64,000 bases of DNA from Phoronis australis (taxonomy: Eukaryota > Animalia > Phoronida), in assembly GCA_002633005.1 (NCBI GenBank), contig NMRA01000037.1, forward strand, positions 1,358,872-1,422,871. The letters are read 5' to 3'. A program made the position numbers and the translations under genes. Numbering within the stretch: the stretch's first letter is position 1; every line of letters starts with the position of its first letter. This document shows positions 45,700-60,379 of the stretch, in pieces. The notes beneath the pieces are model-generated. The model worked only from the letters and a program-made list of their open reading frames with translations. It was not told the DNA's origin and searched no databases.

Positions 45700-48600
45700 A
45701 AGATGAGGCATTTCTCACATGGAACATTGCATTCTCACATGTGACATTTGAATGTTCCATGGAAGATTTTTCAGTTGTGCCATGTTACAAATAGAAATAG
45801 AACGTGGCATAAACACTACATTTTTTGACATGGGTTTTTCATAGCAAAAAGGTACAATGAATTTCAAGAGATTTTTGCATTTAGCTGCAGTTAATATAAA
45901 ATTATTGTTTTATAAAACGGATTACTGTTTTAAACAGTTAAGTATGATGCCTAATTATCAATAGATAATGTTTAAAACCCTAAGGTCACTGATAACCAAA
46001 TTACCAACAAACGACAACATAAAGAGTCAACACAAATATATCACATTTTTGCTTTACTTTTGTAATGGTGGTTGACTTTTGCTAATTAATTTGCATTAAA
46101 AATTCCATTTTTGGGAAAGGGTGACATCAAAACATTTTGATCATAGATCATGAACTGCTTCAGGCAGAACTGTGAAATTATAAAGATAAAAAAGTAAGTT
46201 AAAGTATGTAATTGGAATATTCTGCACTTTTAGTAACAGGCCCCACCTCTTATGACATATTGCACCAATAACACTGGTCTGTTTCAAATAATTCATCATT
46301 TTCAAAAAGTCACATGGGAGGAATTTCAAGAAACATTCCATGGCACTTTTGATTTTAGAACATTAAACACCCTTTAAACCCTCTGAGATCATGCATTTAT
46401 TGATCAAGAATATTAGATTCATAATATTGATTCCAATTTTGAGTATTTTTATTATAAAAAATGCGAAAATCTGTTTTGAGCCTCTCTAATACTCAAACTT
46501 GAACAATCAGCTTAAAGATTGTTCATGTACAACCTTTGGACAGTTCTCAGGTGAACACAAAATAAAAAATATAAAAACAGATGCATGTAATTGATACACT
46601 GTTCAGTTTGAGGGTGCACACTATATCAAATACTCTGATCTGTATGAATTTTTTTTACTTAAAAATGTTCCATGTGATGTTTTCCTAATATTATTCCATT
46701 CACCTTTTGATTTTAGAACATTAAACACCTTTTAAACCCTCCGAGTTCATCCATTTCTCAATCATGAATATCAAATTCGTGACATTGATCCCAATTTTGA
46801 GTACCTTATTATAAAAATTGCTAAAATCTATTTTGAGCATCCCTAATAACCACACTCAAACTTGCACAATCAGCGTATGATTGTTCATATACAACCTTTG
46901 GACAGTTGTCTGGTGAACGCAAAATGAAGACATAAAAATAGATGAGTGTAATTGATACTTTGTGCAGTTTGAGGGTGCACATTGTATCAAGTACACTCAT
47001 CTGTTTGAAATATTTTTTAAGTCAAAATGTTCCATGTGGTGTTTTTCTAATATTATTCCATGGAACTTTTATCTTATATGACTGGATAGCATTATTTTCA
47101 GCAAAACAGTTCACCCATTTATCTTGAAACTCACAATTACTATTACTTCTTACCTATCCCTAACATGGTTGTCATGGAAATCTAATTTGAAAGAATGAAA
47201 CATAAAGCTGGCATGAATTACTGAGTAGATGTACCTGCTTGGCACATTCAATTCTTCTGACTTGTGATGTAACATTTTCTATGTTCAGTAACTTGAAATT
47301 TTTTTGTGTTTTTGTTCATCTATTAATATAATGAAGATTTTGGATACCTGTGTGGAACATCTTTTGTAATTATACAGATATTGACTCTACGAGTTCTTGC
47401 TTACTGATTATTGTGTTAGGGTGTGAAACTCACTGCCATCGCAAATACAGTAGATTAAAGTACATAGAATGGACAGATTATATAATTTGCACATTGTGTC
47501 CTTTCATACGACAAATATATATGTATTAATTTTAAGACATAGTGTACCAATTCAACTTACCCATGTAATATATTTTCCATTTTCTATAAGTCACATGATG
47601 AATTTCGTTAATTATTCCATGGCACGTTTGATATTAGAACATTCAAGACCGTACATCAACAGCGAGGTTACCCATTCAATTGTTTTAATTGTCACATTTG
47701 TGGCATTGACATCTGAGTCAGTATATCTTTATTTTGAAGATCATGAAACACCATTTAAACATCTTTTACAATTACACTCAAACTCAAACTTAAATTCAGT
47801 GGCATACGTAACCTTATTGAGTGACTTAAAACTTTTGCATAGCTGTCATGTGAAAGTAAGATAAACGCGCATGAAGCAGACTAGTGTAGTTGGCAACATG
47901 GTATAAATTGAATGAAAAGTGCCACTTCCTGTGACACATTGCACAAATTATAGTTGCCTGCTTCAAATAATTCTTCATTTTCAAAAAGTCACATGTGAGG
48001 AATTTGATGAAGCATTCCATGGCATTTTTTATTTTAGAACATTCGACATCCTTGAACCCGCCGAGAGCATCTATTTATTGGTCATGAATGTTACATTCAT
48101 AAATGTTACATTCACGACAATTTTGATTATTTTTGTTATAAAGTTATGAAAATCTTCTTTGAGCATTCCTAATAATCATACTAAAACTTGCACAATCAGC
48201 GCATTGTTCATGTAAAACCTTTGGACAGTTGTAAGGTAAATGCAAAATAAAAATATTAAAACAGACGAGTGTAATTGATACACTCTATCAAGTACAATCA
48301 TCTGTTTGAAATATTTTTAACGTAGAAATGTTCCATGTCATGTTTTCCTGATATTATTCCATGGAATTTTAAACTTAGATGACTAGATGACCTTGTTTCC
48401 AGCAAAACAGTTCATTCATTTTTCGTGGCAGTCACAATTACTAGTCTTAACTAACCCTAACATAATTGTCACGGACAACTATTTTGAAAGAATAAAACAT
48501 AAATTTTGTATTAAATTTCTGAGGACTAGTACCTGCTTAGCAGATTCAGTAACATTTTCTGTGTTTAGTACCTTAAGTACCTTAACGCTTTTTCCAGTAT

Positions 48601-50300
48601 GTTTGTTGATTTATTCTAAACAGAATGAAGATTTTGGATAACTGTCTTTATATCTTTAGTAGTTATACTGATATTGACTCCACGAGAGTTTGCTTACTGA
48701 TTCTTGAGTCAGAAAGTAAAACTGCCATTGCAGTATATGTAATAACCCGAGTACAATTGGCACATTGTGTCCTTTAAACGAGAAAATGTATGCATGATGT
48801 TAAGAGATAATGTACGAATTAGACTCATCTATCTAATATATTCTTCAATAATCTATAAAAGCCAGATGTTGAGTTTTATAAATTATTCCATGTCACTTTT
48901 GATCTTAGAAGATTGAAGACCATACATCAACAGCGAAGCTATCCATTCAATTATCTTAACTGTCACAATCATGACATTAACCTCAGATCTTGTGTATATT
49001 TATGATGAAGATCATGGAAAACCATTTGAACATATTCTACAATTTAACTCAAATTCAATGTCGTAGGTAAATTTATTGAGTGATGTGCTGTAAAACTTTT
49101 GCATAGTTATCATGTTAAGTTTAGAGAAACGTATGATGAAAATGACTAAGCATAGTTGACAATATTGTTTAGATTGAATGAAAAGTTCCACTTCTGATGA
49201 CATATTGCACCAATCGCGCTTGTCCGTTTGAAATTGTTCATTTTATAAAATTCACGTGTAAGGAATTTCATACAACATGCCATGACATTTTTGAATCTCG
49301 AACATAACATTTAACTCCCTGCGAGATGTTCAATGATGCGATGACAGTTGTCAAGTAAAAGCAAGATAAGACTAAAAATCAAATGAGTGTAATTATAGGA
49401 AAAATGTGCAATTTGAGGGTGCACATTGAAATATTTTTTGTTTAAAAATGTTCCATGAAATGTTTTCCTGTTATTATTCCATGGAACTCTAAACTGAGAT
49501 GACTGGAGAACCTTCCTTCCAGGATAACTGTCTATCCATTTGATACACTGCGCAAATTACACTTGTCTGTTTAAAATATTTCGATTTAAAAAGTTTTTCC
49601 CAAATTTCTTAAAACATTCCATGGCATTTTTGATACATAAACATGAGAGACCCCTTATCCCCTGTGAGATCATCCATTTATTCGTTGTCAATGTTACTTC
49701 ATGCCGTTGATCCCAGGTTTGATTGTTTTTATTATGAAGATCACGAAAACCTATTTTGTGCATCCGGAATGACCATATGCAAACTTGCTCAATCAACGCA
49801 TGCTTATAAATTGATATTATGTAAAATTTTAAGACGATTGGCATAAAAAAGCAATTTAACAGATGAGTGTAATTGCTAAGTTGTGTAATTTTAGAATGGA
49901 CATTGTATCACTTACACTCGTCTCTTTGAATTGTATTTTAACAAAAAGTTGTTCCATGTGTTGTTTTCCGGATATGATCCCATGAAACTTTAAACTTAGA
50001 TGACCGAAGAACCTTGTTTTCAGTAAAACTGTAAATCCATTTGTATTGACAGCCACGATTACTATTCTTACCTATTCCTTACATGATTTTCTTGGAAAAC
50101 TATGTTGAAAGAGTGAACCTTTAAGTTCCACCTAACCACAGAGTAGAAATACTTGCTTGGAAGATTCATTTTGTGTAAACTGTGAAATGACATATTCAGT
50201 GTTCAGTACGTAAACACTTTTCAAGTTTCAGTATTTGTTTGACGTATTCATGATATAGTGAACATTTTGGATAACTGTTTGGAATGCCTTTCATATTTAT
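45700..50300. repeat. Degenerate AT-rich satellite with nested periodicities
   Basis: The AATGTTCCATG...ATTATTCCATGG core recurs at ~46665, 47027, 48328, 49447 and 49950. The block TGACA.ATTGCAC...CACATG.GAGGAATTT recurs at ~46253, 47932 and 49198. Confidence 0.8.
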
Positions 50301-50303
50301 ACT

Positions 50304-53300
50304 GGCACAACTGGGCATATTCTGTGAAAATGCGTCTGTGTACCTACGGGTTTGGAGATGTATGGTTATACGGACCGGGTACTTTAGATTTATTCGTATC
50401 AGAATTTCGTCAGAGACTAATTGACGGTGACGTTTAAAATTCTGTAATTAATAATTCTTCTAAATATCAATTTCATTGTACTTTCAAAAGAACTAAAATG
50501 TGAAAAATGTTTGTACTTTTTAGATCCCTGTCCGAGGAAAATTCTTTATATTGAAAAAGGGCGGCACGCAGGTCAACCGGGTGTGAGAACTTGTGGCATG
50601 TGCCATACTGGTTAAGTTGACAACGAGCTTCAGCCTTCATTTTATGTGTCACTGCCCTGTCCTTGGTGATGTGCGCTGAAATTCGCTGACGAATATGACA
50701 GATGACCATGATCTTTGAGAACTAAGAAAGAAGAATGGCCCTCTTTACTTCAAGACCACCAGTGCATTGTAAAGTTGAAATGTAAACTGTATTATGAGGT
50801 CAAAGCTTGAATACAATAAAAATGCAATAAAACAATTCTGATTTTTGTAGCCGTACAGTGGGTGAGGATACTCTTTATCTTCACTTAATTATAACCTGTA
50901 CAGTTTCTGATATTTAGCAGTAGGTAAAACTATAACTCAAATTATTTTGAAAAAAAAACATTTATACCACAATTTTTATTTGTAGAAATTAGGTAGGATC
51001 AGTTATGCTGGAGAATTTAAACATCAAATTTTCAAAATGTATGCCTTTTGTTAAATTGCTATTTTGTTTATAATTGGTAATAACTTCAACAAATAAGGCA
51101 AAATGATGGCCCTGGTAAAAAAATTACCCTGTCTCAAACTCGTTTCTATCGGAAATTAATCTATAGTGGAGCCGTTTTTCACAGTTCAGGATGTTGGTTT
51201 AGTATGTATTATCTTAACCTATTTTGTAAAATACCTATTCAATGTTGAAATGTTTAAAATTAAGTCCTATTTCATTGTATCAAATGGTTTGGAAAAGTCT
51301 AAAAATAAAATTCGACCGTGAACATTAGTAATGCTTGTATATGGATTAATACTCTGATTGATTAATATATTATAACATATATATATCGCTGTGACTTTTT
51401 GCAGCTGCTATGCCTGGCCCATGATACATGTGTCATACTGAACAATCTGCGAAGCAATGTCTCATCTTGCTGAACGGTATTGGGTCTAAAGAAGCTAGGA
51501 GACTCTCTAAACTTTACAATAATCAGTCTATTGTTAGATTATTCTCTTCAAAAGTCACGAATATGTAGAAATTCTTTCAAACTCCAACAATCAATTCCAA
51601 GTAGAAGCAGTTGCTAGGGGCAAACTGAGCACTCAGCAAGTTCTTGAAAATGCCTTGTTATTTTGTTTGGTTGTTTTTGATTCTCATTTTGATTCTTTTT
51701 ATACAAATTTGATTATTTATTGTGCAAATTTTGCCTGTCCTTTGCATATGACGAATGGTAATTAATGTATAAGCATAAGTTTGTGAAGTACGTCGCATCT
51801 CCCGCAGCCTACTCGGCTACTGAGGTCAGCCCTGACTCATCACGGGGGCACGTCAAATTTCAGTAACTGTACCAGTTTAGGTAATAAACTAGAGGAATAT
51901 TCTTTCCAGATCAGAAAATGTCTTTCTTTATTGCGTAACCGTGAAGATGATGCAAAGTACCAGCCTGGAGACAGTGATCAATTGCCGTGTGACTACCCGA
52001 ACGTGTGAGCGCATATCTGCGTATTGCTTTATTGGCACCGAGCAAACGACATTGGATTTACTGGCCATTAAATGTGAAATAAGAAAAAACATCCACACAC
52101 GGCGATGTTTCAACAAACAAAAACATGTTTCATCTCAAAACAGTGAGCTCCATACCTCAATTGCAATAACGCCAATTGCAATAACGCTAACCAATGCTTG
52201 ATTTTGCTACCCGGACACAGTAACCGGCGAAGTACATGTAATTCCCTTGGAGTTGCCGTGTATTTGAGTATAATAATTGTATATAGATTTTTGTATGTGT
52301 TTAACCCAGATGTATATGTATTGTACTGAATAACAAACAAAAAATCTTCGCGGGCAAAATAATCACTTGCTAAAGTTACTTTGATTTTCAATTATTAGGG
52401 AAAATATATTTTAAAACGCAAACATGGCGGTGTAGTAAATTGTGGTCAGTGAGCAGACTGGAAAATATTGCTGTGTTAGGAGCAATACGCAGTATTTTTT
52501 AATCTCTTTGTTTCATGAATTTCACCCATTGGAGAACCGGGCAGCTAGTCATTTGTTTTTCTGCTGATGAGCATCGACTCCAGCCGTACACTTGAATCTA
52601 GACTTGGTTGTTTGAGTGACGGCCCATAAACCACGATAGCTTATTTACTAATACACGCAGGACTTCATCTCTGGTGGCCGCCGACTTCCTGAATACACCT
52701 TTTACATGCCTGTCCCGTACCGTATTGCCTGGTATATACATGTAAGTCCATGACTTTCAGTAGTAGAGTACCGGCTTATACCCGAACATAAGACCATAGC
52801 CGTATAGTCCGGGTCATTTGTCATCAAAGCAAAGAATTAATTCAAATGTAAGATGTTTGCTGTATTCTTTACTGAACATCTTTATGGAGTGCATTTTGCC
52901 GCAAGCACTCTTTTATGATCATAGGCATTAACATTTTAGTCATCACTTAGGCCTATTTGCTTAAGTCTAGAAAATGTTAAATTTTCCACCAACCTACACA
53001 ACCTAGAACCACCAACCACTGAGAAACCTGACTGTATTTTATTGACAAATCCGACTACGTCTTATTTAAAAGCCGCCACAGTAGTTTTTTATATTATCAA
53101 TAGACGTCGGTAATTTAAGGTGACTGCCATTCCCAGGGCTTACGGGAAGACGCCTTCAGTTACTAAACAAGTGGGGTGAGGTACCTTATATGATATGAAC
53201 GTTTAACAGGTATGCACGTTTTATTCTATGGTGGCAGCGATATTGATATTTTTAAATGGCCTCACGGAGCGTCTTGTTTTAACTAAAAAAAGCTCCGTGA

Positions 53301-55651
53301 CCTTAATAAGGACTCTTGTCTACGATTTCCCCCTCTCTCTCACTCTTTTTCTCTCTGTCTCTCTTGGTGTAAGCAGTAGGTCACCGCATTGAATGACAAG
53401 TCCTAGACGTAGGCTGCCTGACTGTCAGTATGGATCTGATTGGATTCATGTTCGTGCTCGTGACTTTATTTCGCAACCTATGGAGCTCGGGACTTGGACA
53501 TCAGTCTTTCAGTCACAGTGGATTGTCTGAATACGTACTCCCGATTAATTCGAACTTCAGGGACAGTCAACAGAAGCCTAGTGCAAAACAGTTTAGTAAA
53601 TTACGACCCCGATGTCTAAATTTTATAGGGTTTTACATGCAGGCCGGCGCACCATAGGGGGCTGGGGGTATAGCCCCCCACTTTTGTCAGTGCTAGGCCG
53701 CACGTGGTCTATAGGCGGTGCACCACAGTGCTGCGCCGCCCATGTTTTGCTTCCGACCATAAATGTCAGTACTCAGAGCCAGCACTCAACTGAGGGAAAA
53801 GGTGCATGTGCCTTCTAAAAAGGGAATTTTGGTGGCTAAATTTTAGCTAGTGGGACCTAGCGTTACATAATGGAACGCACACCCGGCACTGCGCTTAACA
53901 CGTGCTAACAAATGTGGCTTTTATCGAAACTCCCATCACAGTTGCGATGCCCCCCGGTTTTCATCACCCGCAGACTCACGCGCTTATTAGACCGCCATGC
54001 GAAACAATGCGAAAGGACTCTTTACACTACTTTGTAGGTCAGAGCAAAATGAAAAAAAATACGTAAAAAAACTTTTACAATCATGGTTCATGCAATCCTT
54101 CATACCAATATGTTACAATAACGTAATTGAACAGTTCTGTATGAGCAGCAATTGGTAATAAAGAATCATAATATCTAACATGAATATTTTTGTTAGAGAA
54201 AAGGGAGTAAGGAAAGCCTTCAGGTAATGTCTGTTTTTATTGTTTTAGAATCACAGATCCGAAACGGGGGTCGTTGCCAGGGAGGCCCGTTCACAGGGAC
54301 TCCTTTGCACGTAAGTAAATGAATTTCACTTAGTTATGTTACTTTGTGTATTTTTGTGTCAAAATGTGAACTCAAATCCATGCCTGCAAAAATGTTCTTG
54401 AGGAGCTATTCTGTAATACCTTCAAAGGTGGAACAGTGAATTTGCCCAAGGAAACACTGCACTTGCGAACGCGAGATAAATTTTTTTAGGGTTACAAATG
54501 TCAATTGCCAACATTGGTCTAACAAAGGAGTTAAAAATTAAGTGAAATTCAACTTCAGAGCTCTGTCAAGTAAATTGTTCATTGGCGGATGACCTCTTGA
54601 CCTTAGAATAGATTTGTTGAGTCCATTTAATGTCAATCTTACATCTCTGAAATGATGAAGAAGAGTTTTTCTCCCTGATGTGTTCTGAAAATGTGAGACA
54701 AAGATTTGCGATTGATTACTAGGATTTGCATTTAATTTTAGAAAAAGGGGTAATATCTTTGCGTCCAAAAGTAATGCTCTCAGCAATAGCTTTTATCTTT
54801 ATTATCTCATAGTGGCCTCTAACGTGACACTGATTTTGCTTTTCATCTAGTGTATGTACTTTCGAAAAGAGACATTAATAAAGTTTTTCTTACTTTATCT
54901 GGGTCCGGAGTACAATATTTGCAATCAAACTCGACGTTGTTTAGTTGGCATTTCCCTTCTACTTTTGTGCTAACTCAAGATAAGTGCCTATTTTTCCCTG
55001 TCTGAGTACATTGTAGTTTAAGCATATGAATTTCTAATTTAATTTCGCACTTGATGACCCCGAGATTGGAACTAAGACTCGAAAAAATAATTTCGAGTGC
55101 GATTTCGAATAAGATTAGACCCCGGGCACCAGTCACGGTTCGAGGTAACCCCCACACCCAAGAATGCAAACACGGGCAGTCGTGGAGTTGTGACGGGACA
55201 AGGTGAACGCTTATAAATAATTTTAAAAAGAAAGTATTGAAGAACTTTTGAGGATCCAAAAAGAAACACGACCCCCTGTTTACGGTGAACTGACCAATTG
55301 TGTCCTCCTCAAGATCTTCTCGTAACAAATAAAGATGTCTTTCGTCATTTTAGAATATTTCAATCCTTTGGTCGTCTTTAAATGTTTCTAAATGACATGC
55401 AGCAATTCTCCGATCAGTCGTGCGATTGTTCTGTTTCCCAAAGAGCTCCATCTGGTGAGCAGCCAAACATAAACCCAATGGATGTGTAATGAGGAAACTC
55501 CTCTTCTAAATTTCTAGTCCTTCACGTACGATTGAATAAAACTCCCAGGAAGGAAGGAATCGAAATTAAAATCATTTCGTAATTAAGATTCAACTTGTGC
55601 TGTTGATGAAAACTATATTCCATAACAGAGAGTTGTATAGCAGGTGCTGCC
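50304..55651 (+). repeat. Duplicated upstream region of TRIM copy 2 (blocks A+B)
   Basis: Colinear with 24163-27890 plus 30140-31920, then with 34510-34644. Confidence 0.92.
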
Positions 55652-57495
55652 ATGGCTTCAAAACACTTAGAAGACATCAAAGAAGGCTTATCGTGCTCCA
55701 TTTGTTTTAACCTTTTCAACAGACCGAAGGCACTACCGTGTTTGCACACATTTTGCGAGAAATGCATTAGTGATCATGTAGCCAATACGAAGAAAAGCGA
55801 ATCCTTTCGATGTCCTCTCTGCAACCAAACCACTTCAGTTCCGGCTAATGGGGTTGCAGGCCTCAAAGACAACTTCTTCATCAACGGCCTGGTTGATTGT
55901 ATTCCTGCGGAGGATAATGTGATGTGTGACCTTTGTGCTATAATGTCTCGAGAAAGTTTGGCTACTTTCAAATGTATTCAGTGCTTGGACAATCTGTGCT
56001 CTACGTGTGCTGCAGGACACACTAAAACGAGGCAAACCATAAGCCATAAAGTTGTGGAGTTGGGGGAAGTAAAAGCGGGAAAATACTTCGAAGAGATGCG
56101 CTCTTGTCGAAAGCAAATGTGCAAAATTCACAAGACCAATGAGTTGGAAATGTTCTGTGAACAGTGTGGCGTACCCATATGTGTTTTGTGCAAGGCGTTT
56201 GAGCACGACAATCACAAGGTCACAAATCCAGACTCCGCAGTACTTCGTTTTGATGACGATATTCGTAAGTTACTTGGGGATGTCTTGCCAGTTTTAGAGT
56301 TTTTCGAGTCATGCGCAGCTAAGTTAAAGCAGCAAGGTTCCATTATAGAAAGTGAAACGAAAAGAGCTACTCAGTCAATCAAAGAGCATTTTCAGAATGT
56401 TCGACAGTCGATAAACAAAGAAGAAGCTCAGCTAGTGAGTGCTGTTAAGAACAAATGCAAAACCCTGTCCAATGAGACCAGTGAAAAACTTAAAGGAATC
56501 GAGCACAAAATTAAAAATTTGAAGTCGTCTATTGCTTACTCTCAGTACTTACAAGAGTCTGGGGAAACCATCGAGAAATTACAACAATACAAAGACCTTT
56601 TAAAGCAACTAGGTCACTTCACGGAACGGAATTTTACATGTCTCTTCTATAAAAAGCCCATTTATGCCTTGAAACGTGACATAGTTCCGCATGATTTTAA
56701 GTGCATGACTTTGCAGTTCTCGGAAAACACGAAACTGGAACTTCCAACAAGGGGTCCCGCAAGAAAAGAACCCTGTCCTGAAACAAGACCTGGAGCAACT
56801 TCAAAGCTCTTTAAAATGAAGAGCGAATTGCAGCTGAACTCGATGCCACATTGCCCAACACCACCGAGCACATCTTTGAATAATACATGTATGTTGTCGA
56901 GTGAGCAGCAATGGAGGAGTTGTTCTGATCTCTCAAAGAGAGTTGTGCAACACACATTGACCAAGATATTGCAAAAGGCTAAACCATTGACCTCTTATGA
57001 CACGAAATTGGAGGGTGATAGTGACCAAGGGTGTTGTGATCTTCAGTTTAACCGTCTCCGCAATTCGTACTTGATAATTGACAGAGAAAATGCCAGAATG
57101 AAAGAATTTGATGACAACGGCAGGTTTCAGCGATCTATTGACAACTTTAGTGACCCTATGGGTATAACGTGCACCGAAGGTGGTCTCATTATGATCGCGA
57201 ATGGCTCCCCAGGTATTGCAGTTTACAGAAGTAACTTAACAGAAGAGAGGACTCTCGAGAATAAAATGGTTTTCTTCGGTATTGATTGCGATGACCAGAG
57301 AATCGTTACAGCCGGGGGATCTAAGCTTGTCATCAAGAATATGAAGGGAGATACAAAGAAAATTGTTGACAAGAATTCTCTCGGTTTGAGCTCATTCAGG
57401 CCATTTTATGTTGCCCTGGCACCAAATGGCAACATTATTTGCACCGACGGCATGAAGAAAAAGTTGTATGTTTTAGATCGAAATGGTGCCTCTGT
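55652..57495 (+). CDS. TRIM-NHL E3 ligase, copy 2 (3' end lost at a single-n assembly join)
   Basis: Open frame with the same RING/B-box/coiled-coil/NHL layout as copy 1. It ends LDRNGAS at the n (57496), about 95 aa short of copy 1. Confidence 0.9.
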
Positions 57496-57496
57496 N

Positions 57497-58528
57497 CCAT
57501 TTAATGTCAATCTTACATCTCTGAAATGATGAAGAAGAGTTTTTCTCCCTGATGTGTTCTGAAAATGTGATACAAAGATTTGCGATTGATTACTAGGATT
57601 TGCATTTAATTTTAGAAAAAGGGGTAATATCTTTGCGTCCAAAAGTAATGCTCTCACCAATAGCTTTTATCTTTATTATCTCATAGTGGCCTCTAACGTG
57701 ACACTGATTTTGCTTTTCATCTAGTGTATGTACTTTCGAAAAGAGACATTAATAAAGTTTATCTTACTTTATCTGGGTTCGGAGTACAATATTTGCAATA
57801 TAACTCGACGTTGTTTAGTTGGCATTTTCCCTTCTACTTTTGTGCTAACTCAAGATAAGTGCCTATTTTTCCCTGTCTGAGTACATTATGGTTTATGCAC
57901 ATGAATTTCTAATTTAATTTCGCACTTGATGACCCCGAGATTGGACCTAAGACTCGAAAAAATAATTTCGAGTGCGATTTCGAATAAGATTAGACCCCGG
58001 GCACCAGTCACGGTTCGAGGTAACCCCCACACCCAAGAATGCAAACACGGACAGTCGTGGAGTTGTGACAGGACAAGGTGAACGCTTATAAATAATTTTA
58101 AAAGGAAAGTATTGAAGAACTTTTGAGGATCCAAAAAGAAACACGACCCCCTGTTTACGGTGAACTGACCAAGTGTGTCCTCCTCAAGATCTTTTCGTAA
58201 CAGAAATAAAGATGTCTTTCGTCGTTTTAGAATATTTCAATCCTTTGGTCGTCTTTAAATGTTTCTAAATGACATGCAGCAATTCTCCGATCAGTCGTGC
58301 GATTGTTCTGTTTCCCAAAGAGTTCCATCTGGTGAGGACCCAAACATAAACCCAATGGATGTGTAATGAGGAAACTCCTCTTTTAAATTTCGAGTCCTTC
58401 ACGTACGATTGAATAAAACTCCCAGGAAGGAAGGAATCGAAATTAAAATCATTTCGTAATTAAGATTCAACTTGTGGTGTTGATGAAAACTATATTCCAT
58501 AACAGAGACTTGTATTGCAGGTGCTGCC
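57497..58528 (+). repeat. Near-identical duplicate of 54623-55651 (upstream intron of copy 3)
   Basis: Begins CCATTTAATGTCAATCTTACATC as at 54623 and differs only by scattered substitutions and small indels. Confidence 0.95.
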
Positions 58529-60378
58529 ATGGCTTCAAAACACTTAGAAGACATCAAAGAAGGCTTATCGTGCTCCATTTGTTTTAACCTTTTCAACAGA
58601 CCGAAGGCACTGCCGTGTTTGCACTCATTTTGCGAGAAATGCATTAGTGATCATGTAGCCAAGACGAAGAAAAGCGAATCCTTTCCATGTCCTCTCTGCA
58701 ACCAAACCACTTCAGTTCCGGCTAATGGGGTTGCAGGCCTCAAAGACAACTTCTTCATCAATGGCCTGGTTGATTGTATTCCTGCGGAGGATAATGTGAT
58801 TTGTGACCTTTGTGCTATAATGTCTCGAGAAAGTTTGGCTACTTTCAAATGTATTCAGTGCTTGGACAATCTGTGCTCTACGTGTGCTGCAGGACACACT
58901 AAAACGAGGCAAACCATAAGCCATAAAGTTGTGGAGTTGGAGGAAGTAAAAGCGGGAAAATACTTCGAAGAGATGCGCTCTTGTCGAAAGCAAATGTGCA
59001 AAATTCACAAGACCAATGAGTTGGAAATGTTCTGTGAACAGTGTGGCGTACCCATATGTGTTTTGTGCAAGGCGTTTGAACACGACAGTCACAAGGTCAC
59101 GAATCCAGAGACTGCAGTTCTTCGTTTTGATGACGATATTCGTAAGTTGCTTGAGAACGTCTTGCCAATTTCAGAGTTTTTCGAGTCCTGCACGGCCAAG
59201 TTAAAGCAGCAAAGTTCCATGATAGAAAGTGAAACGAAAAGAGCTACCCAGTCAATTAAAGAACATTTTCAGAAGGTTCGACAATCGATAGTCAAAGAGG
59301 AACAACAGCTTCTTAGTACTGTTGAGAAGAAAAGCAAAACGTTGTCGAATGATACCACTGAAAGACTTGCAGGAATCGAGCAGAACAGTAACAGATTGAA
59401 GTCGTCTATAGCTTACTCCCAGTACTTACAAGAGTCTGGGGACACCATCGAGAAATTGCAGCAACACAAAGACCTTTTAAAGCAACTAGGTCACTTTACG
59501 GAACGTAATTTCACATGTCTCTTCTACGAAAAACCGATTTATGCCTTGGACCCAGACATAGTTCCGGATAATTTTAAGTGCATGAGTTTGCAGTTCTCGG
59601 ACGTCACGAAACTGGAACTTCCAACAACGGGTCCCACAAAACAAGAGCCCTCTCCTGAAAGAAGACCTTCCAAACGAATTGGTGAGAACCCTTCAAAGCT
59701 TATTAAAATGAAGAGTGAGTTACAATTGAACTCAATGCCAAATTGCTCAACACCACCGAGCACATCTTCAACTAGTATTTTGTCGAGTAAGCAACAATGG
59801 AGCAGCTGTTCTGATCTCTTAAACAGAGTTGTTCAACACACATTCACCATATTGCAAAAGGCCAAATCTTTGGCCTCCTTTGACACAAAATTGAAGGGTG
59901 AGACTGACCAAACGTGCTGTGATCTTCAGTTTAACCGTCTCTGCAATTCGTACTTCATAATTGACAGAGAAAATGCCAAAATGAAAGAATTTGACGAGGA
60001 CGGCCGGTTTCAACGATCTATTGACAACTTGAATTACCCCATGGGTATAACGTGCACCAAAAGCGGTCACATTATGATCACCGATGACGTCCCAGGTATT
60101 GTAGTTTACAGAAGTAACTTAACAGAAGAGAGGACTCTCGAGAATAAAATGGTTTTCTTCGGTATTGATTGCGATGGCCAGAGAATCGTTACAGCCGGGG
60201 GATCTAAGCTTGTCATCAAGAATATGAAGGGAGATGCAAAGAAAATTGTTGACAAGAATTCTCTCGGTTTGAGCTCATTCAGGCCATTTTATGTTGCCCT
60301 TGCACCAAATGGCAACATTATTTGCACCGACGGCATGAAGAAAAAGTTGTATGTTTTAGATCGAAATGGTGCCTCTGT
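58529..60378 (+). CDS. TRIM-NHL E3 ligase, copy 3 (3' end lost at a single-n assembly join)
   Basis: Open frame with the same architecture. It ends LDRNGAS at the n (60379). Confidence 0.9.
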
Positions 60379-60379
60379 N

